Shown here: positions 62,884 through 64,000 of the stretch, piece after piece
How positions within the stretch are numbered: position 1 is the first letter of the stretch
Layout: each line of letters opens with the position of its first letter
Source of the DNA: Basidiobolus meristosporus CBS 931.73
Taxonomy: Eukaryota > Fungi > Basidiobolomycota
Direction of reading: 5' to 3'
DNA length: 64,000 nucleotides
Assembly (NCBI GenBank): GCA_002104905.1
Contig: MCFE01000197.1
Span: forward strand, 70,374-134,373
Program-made: the position numbers and the translations under genes
Notes under the pieces: model-generated
What the model was told of the DNA's origin: nothing
What the model saw: only the letters and a program-made list of their open reading frames with translations
Database searches by the model: none

Positions 62884-63771
62884 TCACCACGCTGTGTAGC
62901 CACCATCGATGACGATGTCGGAACCGGTGCAGAAGGCACTGGCCTCCGAGGCGAGCCATATGGTGGCCCCGCATAGCTCATCCGGTGCTCCCAATCTACC
63001 TTGTGGGGTGCGCTGACACCACTCCTGGAAGAGGGTGCGGAAGGAGCGGTTCAGGGCCGTCTCCATGTAGCCGGGGGAGATGGCGTTGCATCGGATCCCA
63101 TAGGCCGCCCACTCGGCGGCCAGCGACTTCATCAGGTGCTTCACCCCGGCCTTGGAGGCGTTATAGGCGCACTGGGGCTGGGGCCAATTCACGATGGTGC
63201 CCGACATGGAGGCGATGAAGATGATGCTACCGCCTCGTTTCCGGGCGATCATGTGACGACCGCAGGCCTGCGACACGAGGAAGGATCCGTTGAGGTTGAT
63301 GTCGACCACCCGACGGAATTTCTCCGCCGGGTACTCCTCGGCCTTCACCAGGTCGGCCACCCCGGCCGAGTTGACCAGGATGTCCACCGAGCCGAAGTCC
63401 CGTACGACGGCGTCGATCACCTCGTTCACCGAGGTCTCGTTGGTGACGTCCACCTTGTAGAATTTCCCCTGCAGGGAGTAGAGGGAGCGAAGCTTGGTGA
63501 CCGCCTCTTGGCCAACACTTTCCTGTAGGTCAAGTATGGCGACCGCCTTGAGGCCAACCGAGCAGAGCCCCTCCGCCATGCAGTACCCCAGGCCACCGGC
63601 CCCGCCGGTGATCACCGCGACCTTCCCGTCGCATCGGAACATGGACAGGTAATCCTTTGGAGTGGTGTGGGGAGGATAGCGGGCGTTGGATTCGGCCAAC
63701 GCGGTGGCGACTTCTTCGGTGGTTGGTGGGGTGGGCACGACCGCGACGTGTTTGACTGCCTCGGGGTCCAT
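62884..63771 (-). CDS. Short-chain dehydrogenase/reductase, D-arabinitol 2-dehydrogenase/sorbose reductase-like (295 aa, intronless)
   Basis: Intact ORF from ATG at 63771 with TGGAGGLG (Rossmann fold), NSAG, IASMSG, PQPQCAYNASK (YxxxK), ISPGY and C-terminal DGGYTAW. High GC3 and abundant CpG. Substrate cannot be determined from sequence alone. Confidence 0.93.
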   Translation of the reverse strand: MDPEAVKHVAVVPTPPTTEEVATALAESNARYPPHTTPKDYLSMFRCDGKVAVITGGAGGLGYCMAEGLCSVGLKAVAILDLQESVGQEAVTKLRSLYSLQGKFYKVDVTNETSVNEVIDAVVRDFGSVDILVNSAGVADLVKAEEYPAEKFRRVVDINLNGSFLVSQACGRHMIARKRGGSIIFIASMSGTIVNWPQPQCAYNASKAGVKHLMKSLAAEWAAYGIRCNAISPGYMETALNRSFRTLFQEWCQRTPQGRLGAPDELCGATIWLASEASAFCTGSDIVIDGGYTAW

Positions 63772-63792
63772 TCGAAATAGACGTGTAACGGT

Positions 63793-63900
63793 GAAGGGAA
63801 GGGAAGGGAAGGGAAGGAATGGAGTAGGGTGATGCGTGATGGGAACGAGAAAACTGTAGATCAAGTGGTGACAGCTGGCGGGTGCCCCCGGTATTTAAGC
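63793..63900 (-). promoter_or_regulatory. Putative SDR promoter/5' UTR: (CCTTC)5 pyrimidine tract and TATA-like CTTAAATA
   Basis: (GAAGG)5 at 63793-63817 on the plus strand and TATTTAAG at about 63892-63899. CT-rich tracts near transcription starts are common in fungi. Confidence 0.4.
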
Positions 63901-64000
63901 GAAAATCCTCAAGTGGGCAGGATCACCACCCCCACTCGCCCCCCTCCGCTGTTGACGGTGTGATCGGTGACCTGAACATGAAGCAACGACCTCGGCGATG

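Noticed and set aside
62985-63528. Plus-strand ORFs 62985-63218 and 63001-63528
   Set aside because: They are antisense shadows of the GC3-rich SDR gene.
63772-63864. Upstream extension of the SDR ORF to 63864
   Set aside because: It has a non-ATG start and runs through the (CCTTC)5 tract. ATG at 63771 is the plausible start.
62884-64000. Horizontal transfer or contamination as the cause of the GC-rich end
   Set aside because: The protein looks like a typical fungal SDR with a fungal-style CT tract, and the contrast is explained by CpG decay of repeats. A mis-join still needs read checking.

Overview
Eukaryotic, most likely fungal, DNA with no prokaryotic features (no CRISPR, rRNA or tRNA genes seen). 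Bases 1 to about 62,820 are an AT-rich, strongly CpG-depleted block of nested, mostly dead transposons. It contains: (i) a short-LTR Ty3/Gypsy family (G1, five copies); (ii) one near-complete, young Ty3/Gypsy element (G2, 36145-44125, minus strand, 1071-bp LTRs about 98% identical, 4-bp TSD GCGC, tRNA-Lys-type PBS); (iii) solo LTRs of four families (A, B, C, D); (iv) three Ty1/Copia remnants; (v) many interleaved copies of a two-gene CACTA/CMC-type DNA transposon (called CMC-1 here) with CCCTATGAAAAAT termini and 4-bp TSDs; (vi) a non-coding foldback element (FB) with AGACTTGTTC termini and 3-bp TSDs. The only intact host gene is a GC-rich, CpG-rich, intronless short-chain dehydrogenase (D-arabinitol 2-dehydrogenase/sorbose reductase-like, 62884-63771, minus strand), whose stop codon lies about 60 bp from the edge of the TE block. 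The strongest leads are an apparent CpG-centred target-site preference of the G2/C/D retrotransposons, internal-clock evidence for very fast CpG mutation, and two DNA transposon families whose termini and TSDs do not fit the usual descriptions. All alignments and counts were done by eye, so identities and internal boundaries are approximate. Family names are my own labels.
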